Below are positions 30,128 through 40,340 of a stretch of DNA of 50,475 bases, piece after piece. A program made the translations under genes and the position numbers. The notes below the pieces were generated by a model that was not told where the DNA came from, did not search any database, and saw only the letters and a list, made by a program, of their open reading frames with translations. The number at the start of each line of letters is the position of its first letter. The first letter of the stretch is position 1. The DNA is from Escherichia phage vB-Eco-KMB25. The DNA lies in sequence record OR424386.1, one strand, 5' to 3'.

Positions 30128-30406
30128 ATGAAAAAGATGTTATCAGTAGTTGCTTTATCACTTGCCATTGTCGGTTGCATGGATAAACCAAAAACATATA
30201 TTTGCGGAAATGAAGCGTTTGAGGTTACAAGCGAATATATGAAAGTTGTGCAAGGTAAAAGCACAGGCGTTGTAATGGATAATATCAGCAAAAATCAATA
30301 TAAGCTGTTTACGCCAATTGGAACGGCTTTTTACACTGTTAACGATAGCACCATTGATATTAAAGTTGGCGTTTATCAGAACACTCTAACTTGCGAGGTA
30401 AAATAA
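30128..30406 (+). CDS. small lipoprotein (hypothetical)
   Basis: 92 aa from ATG 30128 behind GGAG; signal peptide with lipobox MKKMLSVVALSLAIVGC. Confidence 0.45.
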   Translation: MKKMLSVVALSLAIVGCMDKPKTYICGNEAFEVTSEYMKVVQGKSTGVVMDNISKNQYKLFTPIGTAFYTVNDSTIDIKVGVYQNTLTCEVK

Positions 30407-30407
30407 A

Positions 30408-31148
30408 ATGGCTAAGGATTTTCAGGACAAAGCAACCATTGATACTTTTGAGCCGGAAATGGATTTTCATGAACTGCAACACGGCAGATATTCAGATATT
30501 GCTTTACGTTCAGGCGGTCATTATCAGCCAGTTAGAGAAAACCCATTATTTAAGGTTAGCGGCAACCGTTATGCAGGAAGTAAAACGCCGGACGTAGTGC
30601 GCGACTTGTGGGAAACTCCAGATGAAATTGTTGAATACCTTGCTGAACGTTACGGCAAATATGATCTTGACGCAGCAGCAACGGAAGATAATAAAAAATG
30701 CGATAAATTTTACAGCAAAGAAACAAACTGCTTAAAGCGTTGGTGGGGTAGCAATAAGCACGTTTGGTTAAATCCACCATACAGCAATCCAGATCCATTT
30801 ATCAAAAAAGCAATTGAGCAGATGGAACACGGAAACCAGATTGATATTTTACTTCCGGCTGATAATTCAACTGCATGGTTTAGTGACGCACAAAAACACG
30901 CGGCAGAAATTATCTGGATTACTGGTGAAACCTGGAAGGATGAAGAAGGTCGCGAATATTCCAGAACTGGTCGAGTAGCGTTTATTTCTGGCATGACAGG
31001 TGAGCCAGTTAGCGGAAACAATAAAGGTAGTGTAATTTTTATCATGCGCCAATTGGAAGAAGGTGAGCAACAGCAAACGCACTATGTGAAGATTAGCGAC
31101 ATTTGCCCTTCCGTAAAAAATAAACGAGCCAAAGCGCGGAGTATTTAA
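30408..31148 (+). CDS. dam: DNA N6-adenine methyltransferase (phage Dam-type)
   Basis: 246 aa; catalytic WLNPPYS motif; size and context as for T1-type Dam. Confidence 0.75.
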   Translation: MAKDFQDKATIDTFEPEMDFHELQHGRYSDIALRSGGHYQPVRENPLFKVSGNRYAGSKTPDVVRDLWETPDEIVEYLAERYGKYDLDAAATEDNKKCDKFYSKETNCLKRWWGSNKHVWLNPPYSNPDPFIKKAIEQMEHGNQIDILLPADNSTAWFSDAQKHAAEIIWITGETWKDEEGREYSRTGRVAFISGMTGEPVSGNNKGSVIFIMRQLEEGEQQQTHYVKISDICPSVKNKRAKARSI

Positions 31149-31377
31149 AATGAGCATTCGATTAGCCGATCACATGAAATGGGATTTATTTGTCGGTATG
31201 ACAATTCGCTTACTTGATAAGCATGGTTATAACGATGATAAAATGGAGTTGATAAACTGCCTGGATATGACATTTGACGAAATCAAAGTTGCGCCTTTGT
31301 ACATGTGGGAAAGAAAAATTGAGCACGACCTGATACAATACAAACGCAGAGAGGGCGCACGATTTTTCAATGTGAAA

Positions 31378-31420
31378 TAGCACTTTTTGTTAAAACCCGC
31401 TACGGCGGGTTTTGTATTAT
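31378..31420 (+). promoter_or_regulatory. dyad-box promoter (TAGCACTTTTTGTTAAAAC, 18 bp, TATTAT)
   Basis: Spacer contains terminator-like hairpin CCCGC-TACG-GCGGG followed by TTTTG. Confidence 0.5.
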
Positions 31421-31923
31421 GTGCTTAACGGAAAACAAGAGGATTTCAAAAATGAAAATCGTAAACGTCGAATACTTCAAAGATGCGCAATGGCTGGCTA
31501 AAGAATCATTGTTTATGCTTGATCGCAAAAATCCAAAGGTTATTGCACAAATACTTTGGAATGACGCAATGGAGTTACTTAAAAAGGCTTACGGTTATGA
31601 AAGTGAAGAAAGGTAAAAAGGAAACTTGGGAGCTTGCTAAAAAAGGCGGTCTTGATGAAGGGATCGCCAAAATAGCAAAGTATTTCGATATTAAAGACGT
31701 GTGCGTTATTGTTGGTGACGAAATGGCGTATGTTGAAGAAAAGCCGCGACGTGTTCACCGTGTTCCGGCAATACCAACAACAATAGACTATAAATCAGTT
31801 ATTAACAAAACCAAAGAACAAAAGAAATATTACAAATGAGATACATTTCTGTTATTTTGTTGCCGCCTGTTATCGCTTGGGTTATTATGTACGCCGTTGT
31901 TATGAATTAAGAGGATGTTAAAC

Positions 31924-33039
31924 ATGAGTTTAAAAAAGATTACCGACGAGCAATTGATTGCTGAACGTGAGGCGGGTTTAAAACTGCGTGAGATTGCGGA
32001 AAAATACGGAATGAGCTTGCGCCAGGTTGAGCACCGCCACAGCAAATTAGCAAAGCGTGGCGAGATCTCAACTATCGGATCACCTGGCTTTGCGGTAATT
32101 GGCGAGTCAAAGCTAGTTGATAAAAACGGCAATACTAAACTAACCTGGATTAAGACGCACAAAGATAAAGACCAGTTAGAGGCAATAATGCAAGCGGCTA
32201 TGGATGCATTTTCTGACGAGTTGCCACGCCTGGAACCACAGCCGGAAAAGATTACTGACTATTCGAAAACCCTTGCGCTATATCCGATCTTTGATATTCA
32301 TATTGGTGCAATGGCTCATAAGCATGAAAGCGGAGAGAATTACGACACAGCAACGGCAGAAAAGATCATGAATGAATTCTTTGATTATGCCGTCGATAAA
32401 GCACCGAATAGCGAAAAGGCTGTATTGCTGATTGGTGGTGATATGATTCACAGCGACGGCCTGGAGGCTGTAACACCTGCAAGCGGTCACGTTTTGGATC
32501 AGGATTCGCGATATGCGAAACTTGTTTATGTTGCCATTCGAGCCACGCGCAGAGCAGTAAGCCGAATGCTGGAAAAACATAAAGAGGTTGAATTGCAGAT
32601 CATTGAAGGTAATCACGACCAATCAGGAATGATCTGGCTACGTGCTGCAATGGCGGCGGCGTATGAGAATGAGCCACGCGTAAAGGTTGATGTTTCTCCG
32701 CGCGTCGTGCATCACACTCAATATGGTAAAACTTTCCTGGCTTATCATCATGGTCACACTGTACGAAAGCCAGAAACGCTTTTAATGATGTGTGCAGCGG
32801 ATTGGCGGGAAGATTTCGGAAACTCCAATTCAATGTATGCGCATGTAGGGCATTGGCATCACCAGACTGTTACAGAAACGAGCCTTGGCATTGTTGAGGT
32901 GCATAGCACTATGGCAGCAAAAGACGCTTACGCCGCGCGTGGTGGCTGGCGTTCACGTCGCAGGGCGGCGGTAATTATTTATGATAAGGAATATGGCGAA
33001 ATAGGGCGGTTTATGTTTTACCCTGAAATGATTGCTTAA
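31924..33039 (+). CDS. metallophosphoesterase with N-terminal HTH domain
   Basis: HTH LKLREIAEKYGMSLRQV; calcineurin-type motifs DIHIG, GGDMIHSD, GNHD, HHGH. Confidence 0.5.
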   Translation: MSLKKITDEQLIAEREAGLKLREIAEKYGMSLRQVEHRHSKLAKRGEISTIGSPGFAVIGESKLVDKNGNTKLTWIKTHKDKDQLEAIMQAAMDAFSDELPRLEPQPEKITDYSKTLALYPIFDIHIGAMAHKHESGENYDTATAEKIMNEFFDYAVDKAPNSEKAVLLIGGDMIHSDGLEAVTPASGHVLDQDSRYAKLVYVAIRATRRAVSRMLEKHKEVELQIIEGNHDQSGMIWLRAAMAAAYENEPRVKVDVSPRVVHHTQYGKTFLAYHHGHTVRKPETLLMMCAADWREDFGNSNSMYAHVGHWHHQTVTETSLGIVEVHSTMAAKDAYAARGGWRSRRRAAVIIYDKEYGEIGRFMFYPEMIA

Positions 33040-33055
33040 TTAAATTATCAAGAAA

Positions 33056-33084
33056 AAGGCTGGCTAAGTGCTGGCCTTTTTTTG
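33056..33084 (+). terminator. rho-independent terminator (putative)
   Basis: GGCTGGC-TAAGT-GCTGGCC hairpin (two G-U wobbles) followed by a T-run. Confidence 0.4.
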
Positions 33085-33150
33085 TTTTTGTGGTTAACAT
33101 ATTCACACTAATTTTGGCATTGACATTTTAATTTAATTGAGGATCAGATT

Positions 33151-33375
33151 ATGAGAGACTTTCTTTTAATGGCGCAAAACTCTTTCGGAGGTGCAACGGT
33201 AGTTGGATCTTTTACTGGTGAGTTTTTGCTTGCACTTGCTACGTTTATTTTGTTCGCTATTTTCGGCTGTTGGGGCGCATGGCTGAAATGGCGTGATAGT
33301 AAAGCGATCCGAGAGGCTTTAGATTCAGGGGATTTAAAAACGGCGCTTAATCTACGGCAGAAAGAGAGGGTGTAA
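33151..33375 (+). CDS. holin (putative)
   Basis: 74 aa with hydrophobic segments and charged C-terminus, immediately upstream of the endolysin gene. Confidence 0.5.
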   Translation: MRDFLLMAQNSFGGATVVGSFTGEFLLALATFILFAIFGCWGAWLKWRDSKAIREALDSGDLKTALNLRQKERV

Positions 33376-33869
33376 TGACAATCAAGAAAGGTATAGCCGC
33401 CACCGTCACAGGGGCGGCTTTAATGTTGGCATCGCCTTTGATTGAAGAAATTGAAGGCGTAAAGTATAAGCCTTACAAGGATATTGCGGGGATCTGGACT
33501 GTATGCCACGGCATTACAGGAAAGGATGTGATTCTTGGAAAGGAATATACCAGGCGAGAATGTGACGCGCTATTAGCAAAACACATGAAAGTAGCGGCTG
33601 ACGCTGTTGATAAGGCGGTTAATGTTGAAATTCCTTTATCAATGCGAGCGGCTCTATACTCATTCACTTTTAATGCTGGTACTGGCGCGTTTCGTAAGTC
33701 AACCATGCTGAAAAAGATCAACAATGGTGATTTATGGGGCGGTTGTGGTGAGCTATGGAACTGGACATATTACCGGAATCCTAAAACGGGTAAAAAGGAA
33801 AAATCAAGAGGATTGAAGAATCGCCGCGCCGTCGAATATAAATATTGTGTAAGGGATCTGAATAAATGA
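33375..33869 (+). CDS. endolysin, lysozyme (T4-type glycoside hydrolase), possible SAR type
   Basis: Catalytic pattern E..D..T in [26 protein letters not shown]; weakly hydrophobic Gly/Ala-rich N-terminus [15 protein letters not shown]. Confidence 0.75.
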   Translation: MTIKKGIAATVTGAALMLASPLIEEIEGVKYKPYKDIAGIWTVCHGITGKDVILGKEYTRRECDALLAKHMKVAADAVDKAVNVEIPLSMRAALYSFTFNAGTGAFRKSTMLKKINNGDLWGGCGELWNWTYYRNPKTGKKEKSRGLKNRRAVEYKYCVRDLNK

Positions 33870-34255
33870 AAAGAAAATTACTGGCTATTATGATGTGCAT
33901 TGCTCTTTCTGGTTGTTCAGCTTCAAGCGTGTTACCTGGTCTGATTGGTAGCAAGCCTGATATAACGGCACAGGCTGGAGCGGAGAATGTGAAACAGACT
34001 GTTGGTGTAACCGCAAAGCAGGATACATCAAGCAAGCAGGAAACCACATTCAAAGAATCGGCAGTTGGTCAAGTTGACACATCCAATAAAAAGCAGGTTA
34101 GCACTTCAAGCATTAAGGCAGATAACATCACAGCGGAAAGAATAGAGATCCGAAATAATGATGGCCTTAATGTTCCGGCAATCGCAATGGGTATCTTGAT
34201 GTTTATTGCTGGTATGCTGGCGGGGTGGACACTTAAACGTAATAAGGCGGCATAA
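33866..34255 (+). CDS. unimolecular spanin (u-spanin) candidate
   Basis: N-terminal lipoprotein signal (LSGC lipobox) plus C-terminal transmembrane segment; last gene of the lysis cassette, as for T1 gp11. Confidence 0.6.
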   Translation: MKRKLLAIMMCIALSGCSASSVLPGLIGSKPDITAQAGAENVKQTVGVTAKQDTSSKQETTFKESAVGQVDTSNKKQVSTSSIKADNITAERIEIRNNDGLNVPAIAMGILMFIAGMLAGWTLKRNKAA

Positions 34256-34268
34256 GCCGCCTTTTCTT

Positions 34269-34490
34269 TTAAAAAATATTGCTCATTAAGTCTTGAAAAC
34301 TATTGCCGCTATAATCCTTTTCTTCAATAATGTGAGCACCTTTCTTTTTTATATCCCACAGCATTTTTTCATACTCGCAGCGGTTAATGCCAAACGTACT
34401 ACCATCATCAACATATGCGGTTCCTTTGTTGTTGAAAACGTCAAATGTAACATTAACAACGCGAATTGTTTTGATAGTGCATTTTAACAT
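34269..34490 (-). CDS. hypothetical protein
   Basis: 73-aa ORF downstream of a dyad-box promoter. Confidence 0.3.
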   Translation of the reverse strand: MLKCTIKTIRVVNVTFDVFNNKGTAYVDDGSTFGINRCEYEKMLWDIKKKGAHIIEEKDYSGNSFQDLMSNIF

Positions 34491-34526
34491 TTTGTTTTCC
34501 TTTTGTTGCTACGTTTCGTTAAAACA

Positions 34527-34569
34527 AATATACCCGATACAAGATCGGGTGTTTTAACAAAAAGTGCTA
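34527..34569 (-). promoter_or_regulatory. dyad-box promoter (TAGCACTTTTTGTTAAAAC, 18 bp, TATATT)
   Basis: Box TAG is the stop codon of the upstream gene. Confidence 0.5.
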
Positions 34570-34687
34570 TTCAAAGCGCCTGACGTGAATTAGTAGTTCA
34601 CCGTCATCATTTGTTAACTGGTGCTCATTATCTCCAAACGCTCGCATGTCACTGTAAAGCAATAGCAATAATGAGTAGACCAAATCA

Positions 34688-35080
34688 TCATGCGAAACTC
34701 TCATTGCTGAACTTTCTTTCAAAATAAGATCTATCAAATGCTGGCTTGCAGAATAATTCTTCATCACTCATTTTCTCAATGTTCATCATCTCCCACACAT
34801 AACGATTGGAATCACCTTCCAGGCTATGCAACTCAAAATTAAACGGCCTTTTCATCTTGTTTTTGCACCAGTACACGCAATGAACGCCGTCAAGATATCC
34901 ATAACCAATCATTCGCGCTATAAACTCTTTGCTTGAGCTTGAAGCGAAATAGCGGGGCGTTACCCCCGCATTTTTGGCGAGCCTTTCACATTCACGGTGA
35001 CGGAATATAAATCTTGCTAACTCTTGGCGGTTGAATTTCTCGCGAGACTCGCAAAAGCGATACAGATCTAATAAGAACAT
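34688..35080 (-). CDS. hypothetical protein
   Basis: 130-aa ORF; overlaps a small downstream ORF (34567-34704). Confidence 0.3.
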   Translation of the reverse strand: MFLLDLYRFCESREKFNRQELARFIFRHRECERLAKNAGVTPRYFASSSSKEFIARMIGYGYLDGVHCVYWCKNKMKRPFNFELHSLEGDSNRYVWEMMNIEKMSDEELFCKPAFDRSYFERKFSNESFA

Positions 35081-35082
35081 GA

Positions 35083-36663
35083 TTACCCCATTAACGCCGG
35101 ATTTACATAAACAAATTTACCAACGCTGCAAACATAATTCTTTTCTTCAAGCATTGGCAATAATTGTTCCTCAATTCGTTTCATCACGCCTGATTGACCT
35201 GTAAACGGCTTAACCTTACGCGCACTTTCATAGATGGCTCTTGCATTGGTAACTCCTTTATTTTGACGTGAGATCTTAATGATGATTTCAATTAACTTGC
35301 TCATTTCGGCATCATCGCCAGCGTGACCGGAAGCATTAGCGGCGTTGATATATGTTTTGCTTAATTCGCTGAACATCACCAAAGCCTCTTGCATTGTCTC
35401 AACTTCAATTTCTCGCGACTTTTGCGGCGTACCGTTTGGATTAAACCAATTGCGGATCGTGTGCAATACTGACGCAATGCGGATCACTTGCTTATCCATT
35501 TTGCCCAAAGCACCACGCAACATTGTATGTGAATATTTCCCGCCGTCTGCTAAATCTGGCTCTAATTGCTGGCGAGCAATATTAAGAACACGCATTGCAG
35601 AACGTGACGGCTTCAATACAACATTTTGCTCAGTCATGATGTTATGAATCAACTGGAAATATTGCGCCTTTAATTCTTTATCAACTGGCGTGTAATCAAG
35701 ATCACCATTTTCATCAATAAATACACGCTCGCCTAACATTGTTTTTTCACGTACAAGCAAGAAACGTTCACTAACACCGATACCACGCGCCCCTGCATCC
35801 ATGATCCCTTTTATCGTTTCATCCTGGGCAATTACGCTCATGCAGCCCAACGCAACAAAACTCATATTGTTTTCAGAGTTGGCGCGAGCTATTGAAACGT
35901 GTCCGGCGTCCCATGCTTTTAGAACCAATTCGCTGTTAGTCTTGCGATCACTATTAGCGTAAGTCAATCCGAGTAAGCTGTTGATGCTTGTTGCTTCATC
36001 GGAAATGACAGCAAAGTTACCCTGGCGATTGTTGATCTTTGCTAACCCTTCCGGCGTGGTGTCTGATACCGGAAAAACGATATCGCACATTTTTTCTAAC
36101 TTTTCCTCTAATTCCTCCTTTTCCTCAAACAACGCAGCTAACTCAGTGCCGGAACGTTCAGCTTTCAATTCCTTTTCAACGCCTTTTAATTTCGCTGCGA
36201 TCTTCTTTCGCTCTTTCTTGCGTTGTTCGTTGATGCGCTCAACTTCACAGACCATTGGCGCAATAGCCAGGCTGTTGATTGCTGATTTACCAGTTGATGG
36301 CGGCTGACTGGTTACAACATAAAGCGCCGTTGGTTGTTCAGTGCCGTGGTACTCAACTTGGAAGCGTCCAACCATAGCGGCGGAAACGCAACCAATGAAA
36401 TGCATATAGGCCGATGATTCAGGAAATTGAACAGATTGCGCAATGCTACGTGACAGTTTACCCACAACATCAACATCATTACCCAAAGAGATCACAGGAT
36501 AGCGGTCATTAGCGCCGTTAATATCCTTTACAGGTTCCCAAAAGCTGGACGATTGGCGGTAGCCGTTCGACTGAATAGCAACGCGAAGCGGCGATGTTCC
36601 CTGCGATTCTGCAATGGCTATAACTTGTTGAGGTGTCAATTTGTTGGTGTCAAAGTCAAACAT
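35083..36663 (-). CDS. P-loop NTPase (Walker A/B), possible replication-associated ATPase
   Basis: 526 aa; Walker A TSQPPSTGKS and Walker B-like VISDEAT. Confidence 0.45.
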   Translation of the reverse strand: MFDFDTNKLTPQQVIAIAESQGTSPLRVAIQSNGYRQSSSFWEPVKDINGANDRYPVISLGNDVDVVGKLSRSIAQSVQFPESSAYMHFIGCVSAAMVGRFQVEYHGTEQPTALYVVTSQPPSTGKSAINSLAIAPMVCEVERINEQRKKERKKIAAKLKGVEKELKAERSGTELAALFEEKEELEEKLEKMCDIVFPVSDTTPEGLAKINNRQGNFAVISDEATSINSLLGLTYANSDRKTNSELVLKAWDAGHVSIARANSENNMSFVALGCMSVIAQDETIKGIMDAGARGIGVSERFLLVREKTMLGERVFIDENGDLDYTPVDKELKAQYFQLIHNIMTEQNVVLKPSRSAMRVLNIARQQLEPDLADGGKYSHTMLRGALGKMDKQVIRIASVLHTIRNWFNPNGTPQKSREIEVETMQEALVMFSELSKTYINAANASGHAGDDAEMSKLIEIIIKISRQNKGVTNARAIYESARKVKPFTGQSGVMKRIEEQLLPMLEEKNYVCSVGKFVYVNPALMG

Positions 36664-36690
36664 CTAAAAATCTCCTTCTTGTTGCCGCTA

Positions 36691-36733
36691 ATTATAACGG
36701 CAACATTCTACAGCCTTTTAGCAATTCGTGCTA
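36691..36733 (-). promoter_or_regulatory. dyad-box promoter (TAGCACGAATTGCTAAAAG, 18 bp, TATAAT)
   Basis: Perfect -10 hexamer lies in the loop of hairpin GTTGCCG/CGGCAAC. Confidence 0.5.
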
Positions 36734-36979
36734 TTTGATCGGCTCAACCCTGGCTAATAACCTTCCATCTATAATGCTATGACATTCAAGAGTTTTAGGA
36801 TCGAATGCAAGCGAACGATGGAACGTATGACCAATCAGCAAATATGAATGCTTATCCCTGATGCGATAGACCGTTTCACCTTCCTTTAATGACGATATCG
36901 CACTAAAAACAACCTTGTAACGATATTTTTGCATGGCCTCAGAACGGTGAGGCGTATAGTCTTTTTCTGGTAAACTCAT
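36731..36979 (-). CDS. hypothetical protein
   Basis: 82-aa ORF whose TAG stop is the first triplet of the downstream dyad box. Confidence 0.3.
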   Translation of the reverse strand: MSLPEKDYTPHRSEAMQKYRYKVVFSAISSLKEGETVYRIRDKHSYLLIGHTFHRSLAFDPKTLECHSIIDGRLLARVEPIK

Positions 36980-37338
36980 GAGTATTTGGCCTCAAACAGA
37001 TAAGCACCGCCAGCGGCAGAGAATCCAACTTCTTCCCGATACAGCGTGAAACGGTCGCCGTTTTCGTCGAACACGTATCCAGCAACAGCACCTAACACGC
37101 GGCCTTGTTCGATCTGGTAACGCTTATCGGCTTTGAAAGTTTTCTTGATCTGCATGGAGTGGTTTACCCATGTGCATTTAATGGTTTTGGTCTTAACATT
37201 TCGGAATGTTAATCCTGTTAAGTTTGCGTGAATCCATTTCCCATCTAACTTAACGAAAGTATCATCATTTTCGTCTACCCGCGCTTTGTATAGGCGGTTA
37301 TCAGATCCGATAAGTTTGATTGATTTGAATTTAGCCAT
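36976..37338 (-). CDS. hypothetical protein
   Basis: 120-aa ORF with RBS AAGGAG. Confidence 0.3.
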   Translation of the reverse strand: MAKFKSIKLIGSDNRLYKARVDENDDTFVKLDGKWIHANLTGLTFRNVKTKTIKCTWVNHSMQIKKTFKADKRYQIEQGRVLGAVAGYVFDENGDRFTLYREEVGFSAAGGAYLFEAKYS

Positions 37339-37370
37339 TTGATTTATCTCCTTTTGTTTTCGTTGAAATC

Positions 37371-37413
37371 ATTATGCCGGATACGTGATCCGGCGTTTTA
37401 ACAAAAAGTGCTA
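37371..37413 (-). promoter_or_regulatory. dyad-box promoter (TAGCACTTTTTGTTAAAAC, 18 bp, CATAAT)
   Basis: Spacer is hairpin GCCGGAT-CACGT-ATCCGGC. Confidence 0.5.
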
Positions 37414-38106
37414 TTTCTGATTTGCCAGGCATACAGCAAGCGCAAAGCCGCGCGGAGTGAGTGAGCGGATCAGCTTTGTTCGCTTAGACTTGCCGCCGAG
37501 CTTTTGCCAGCCTGGATTGTTGTTCCCTGTTGGCAATACTGCGTTTGTATCCGGCATTACAAAGCCGTTACCCGTCCAAAGACAAGTTTTTTTGGTGTAC
37601 GCATCGCGAGCGGGAATGATTTCAGGAAAGTGAGGATGTTTATCATCTTCCGGCAACAGACCTCCAAACGCGCAAGGATGAAAGATAAAATCAGGTTGCC
37701 GCCACATTGACGACAGAACACTAACAGGATTCTCAATCATATATGGAACGTTAAACCGATCCGCAATATTGGCAGCAATCTTTGCCGTTTCAACCGCCTT
37801 TTTCTGGAAGTCTGGATCACGTTCACGCTTTGCTGCAAAGTGACGCGATCCGCTAACAGCTAAATCAGTGCATGGAGGGAATGCAATAATAAAATCTGGA
37901 GTGCCAAAGACGCGCATCATTGCGTTATGCTGGAATGATAATCCGATCCACTCATTCAAATAAACGATGTTGGGATGAGTCACGCGCACTGATTGGTAAT
38001 CACCATGATCAGCACCGTCGAAATTAAAGCACAGCACTTTGTGACCACGTTCAGCCCACGGCAACGCAGCATAACCAGAACCATCAAATAGTGAGAAAAT
38101 AAGCAT
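37411..38106 (-). CDS. putative SAM-dependent DNA methyltransferase (C5-cytosine-like motifs)
   Basis: 231 aa from ATG 38106 behind AAAGGA; motif I-like LFDGSGY, PC-containing FPPCTD, ENV-like MIENPVSV. Confidence 0.4.
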   Translation of the reverse strand: MLIFSLFDGSGYAALPWAERGHKVLCFNFDGADHGDYQSVRVTHPNIVYLNEWIGLSFQHNAMMRVFGTPDFIIAFPPCTDLAVSGSRHFAAKRERDPDFQKKAVETAKIAANIADRFNVPYMIENPVSVLSSMWRQPDFIFHPCAFGGLLPEDDKHPHFPEIIPARDAYTKKTCLWTGNGFVMPDTNAVLPTGNNNPGWQKLGGKSKRTKLIRSLTPRGFALAVCLANQK

Positions 38107-38783
38107 GTTTAAATCCTTTCTGTATGACCTTGCAAGGCATTTTGTTTGTAGGTGTGACAATCGTATTAGTTACGGCCTGAAATCGCGAAATAATGCGAAA
38201 CAGGCCGCTATTTTTTACTTACAGAATGGGCATGTTGTTTTATCCCCGCTTCCGCCGTGTTTTGGACAGCAAATTTTTTCGATAGGTGTCATTTTAAATA
38301 CTCCTTAGAATGGGAAACAACGCTTGCAAGATGGATCGAAGTTACAACCGCAATCATTGATTATTGCGTTAGGATCAGCAAGCATCACGCTACTTTCTTG
38401 ATCCATATCCATAGCGCCTAATGCGTCATCAAGCGTTATTTCAAGATAGGCAACTTTAAGCGCCCATTCCTTGTTGAGTCCATCCGCCTCCGCTTCATGT
38501 AGGCGAGCAAAGAAAGCATCTTGAACCATATCAACCCCACTTCTCAATAAACATGCTCATTTCGTCAATCATCGCGTAAGCATCGCTTTCAGTCATGCGA
38601 CGGATTCTTCCGCCTGGGTGTTCGCCAACAGCGTAACCAGTTTTTACGCGGGTAATCGTTAACTGATGGAATCCAGAATCGCGATCCATTTTCAAAACTA
38701 CTTTCCCGTGAGCTTTGACAATGTTCATGATGGATTCAGTTTTCAGTTTCATTTTTGATTCTCCATTTTGTTTATGTGAAAGT

Positions 38784-38826
38784 ATGATACCAATCAGAGC
38801 GTTATCGTTTTTAGCAATTCGTGCTA
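38784..38826 (-). promoter_or_regulatory. dyad-box promoter (TAGCACGAATTGCTAAAAAC, 17 bp, TATCAT)
   Basis: Box encodes the C-terminal NSTNC of a 51-aa upstream ORF (38822-38978). Confidence 0.45.
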
Positions 38827-38974
38827 TTTACGGCGATAAACGGATATCCTGTTAAATCTGCATTTCTATAACGTGCAGACCTAACCCAACAGCCGCCTTT
38901 GCTCATAATTAAAGCGTTTTTATGGCGAATGTTCACGCGGCAAATTCTTCCGGTTTTTATGTTTTTGAAGTAGG

Positions 38975-39208
38975 TCATAATTTAACCTCATGATACTCTA
39001 TAAACTCTTGCACATATGCGCATTCGCGCGGCGACTCCTGGCCTTTTATCACCTCACAGCCACCATTAAACAGATAGCAGTGCTGGCAAAGGTTGCCACC
39101 TGCGTTTTCCTCAGCGATCTGAATTCCGGTACACAAACCGCCACCAAACCTATGAGGAAAATCGTAAGCCTGGCAGCGGCACGTTGCTTGATTCCGCTTA
39201 CGTTTCAT
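38975..39208 (-). CDS. cysteine-rich small protein (hypothetical, possible zinc binding)
   Basis: 77 aa with several CxC/CxxC-type motifs. Confidence 0.3.
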   Translation of the reverse strand: MKRKRNQATCRCQAYDFPHRFGGGLCTGIQIAEENAGGNLCQHCYLFNGGCEVIKGQESPRECAYVQEFIEYHEVKL

Positions 39209-39521
39209 TAGATGTTCTCGCTAATAAACTGGATAACCTGGCGAAGATGTTTTTCATCTTTAATTAATGCTGGCAATTCTTCCATAACTTCTTTTTTAAG
39301 ATAAATGTTTGCATTCCAGGTGAATGAGCCATCACCATTTACGCGGTAAGAGCAAAGCCATTCGCAATCATTATCAGATTCCCAAATGCACAGCGTTTCA
39401 AATTCTTCAAACTTGTTGTAACCCGTTTCAATGCTTAACTCAATGCCACGTTTGCCAGCGAAGTTAGTAGTTGTTTTTGATACCATCATTTTAAAATTCT
39501 CCGGTTCGTTTCGATGAATGC

Positions 39522-39564
39522 ATTATGCCAAAACAAACCGGATCGCTTTTAACAAAAAGTGCTA
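39522..39564 (-). promoter_or_regulatory. dyad-box promoter (TAGCACTTTTTGTTAAAAG, 18 bp, CATAAT)
   Basis: Upstream of gene 39208-39489. Confidence 0.5.
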
Positions 39565-40340
39565 TTTAATTAAAATACGAATACCTTTTCGCACGCTTTC
39601 CGTCGCCTCCGTAATGGTCATTAGCAACAGCAAGAATCCAAGCGTTAGGAATAAAAAATAGCTTCATTAATCACTCTCCATGACAATTACAGGCTCCAGG
39701 CGCTCAAGCACCACTTTGAAATCGGAGTAAAAAGTAGGGCGACGTTTTGTTAATTCCTCATATGTATCAGTTGCCAGGCAAGCGCGATCACCTTCATAGC
39801 ACACAACTCGCTTACCATTGGCGCGGCTTATTGCAACGACGCGATAAGTATTATTGATCATTTCATCACCTCAATTGAATAAATACTTTCAACGCCTGGC
39901 GCGTATAACCGATCTCCATCTTCAGTTATGCAAAGACAAAGTGCAAGGCCGCGATTGTCTGAAATATGCAAGTCATTTTGTCTATCCATCAAAATTTCAT
40001 ATTCGCGATCTTCATCAAAGCGCCAAACGCTTAACATGCACTTTCCAGATGATTTAACTTTTACTTTCTTTCCGGCGAAATTTAAACGACTCATTGCGCC
40101 ACCTCCACAGTTTCAAATACGGTATTGAATGCCAGAAGTTTAAATTTCTTGCCAGGCTCAACAACCTGAATATTCCAGGTAATGCCGCCGTGATATGCAA
40201 CCATATCATCAATATCGACGGTGATTTGTGCGCCCTTCTTGAATAAACCTTTTTCATGGCTCGCATCGCGTACAGTAACCACAGTTTCGAATTGAGTTTG
40301 AATTTCCATCGTTAATCTCCTGATTGGTTTCGATGGGGTA

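Noticed and set aside
35345-36307. Plus-strand ORFs inside the minus-strand ATPase gene (35345-35647, 35981-36307, 36039-36233)
   Set aside because: Embedded antisense frames without initiation signals; the minus-strand gene has a promoter, RBS and Walker motifs
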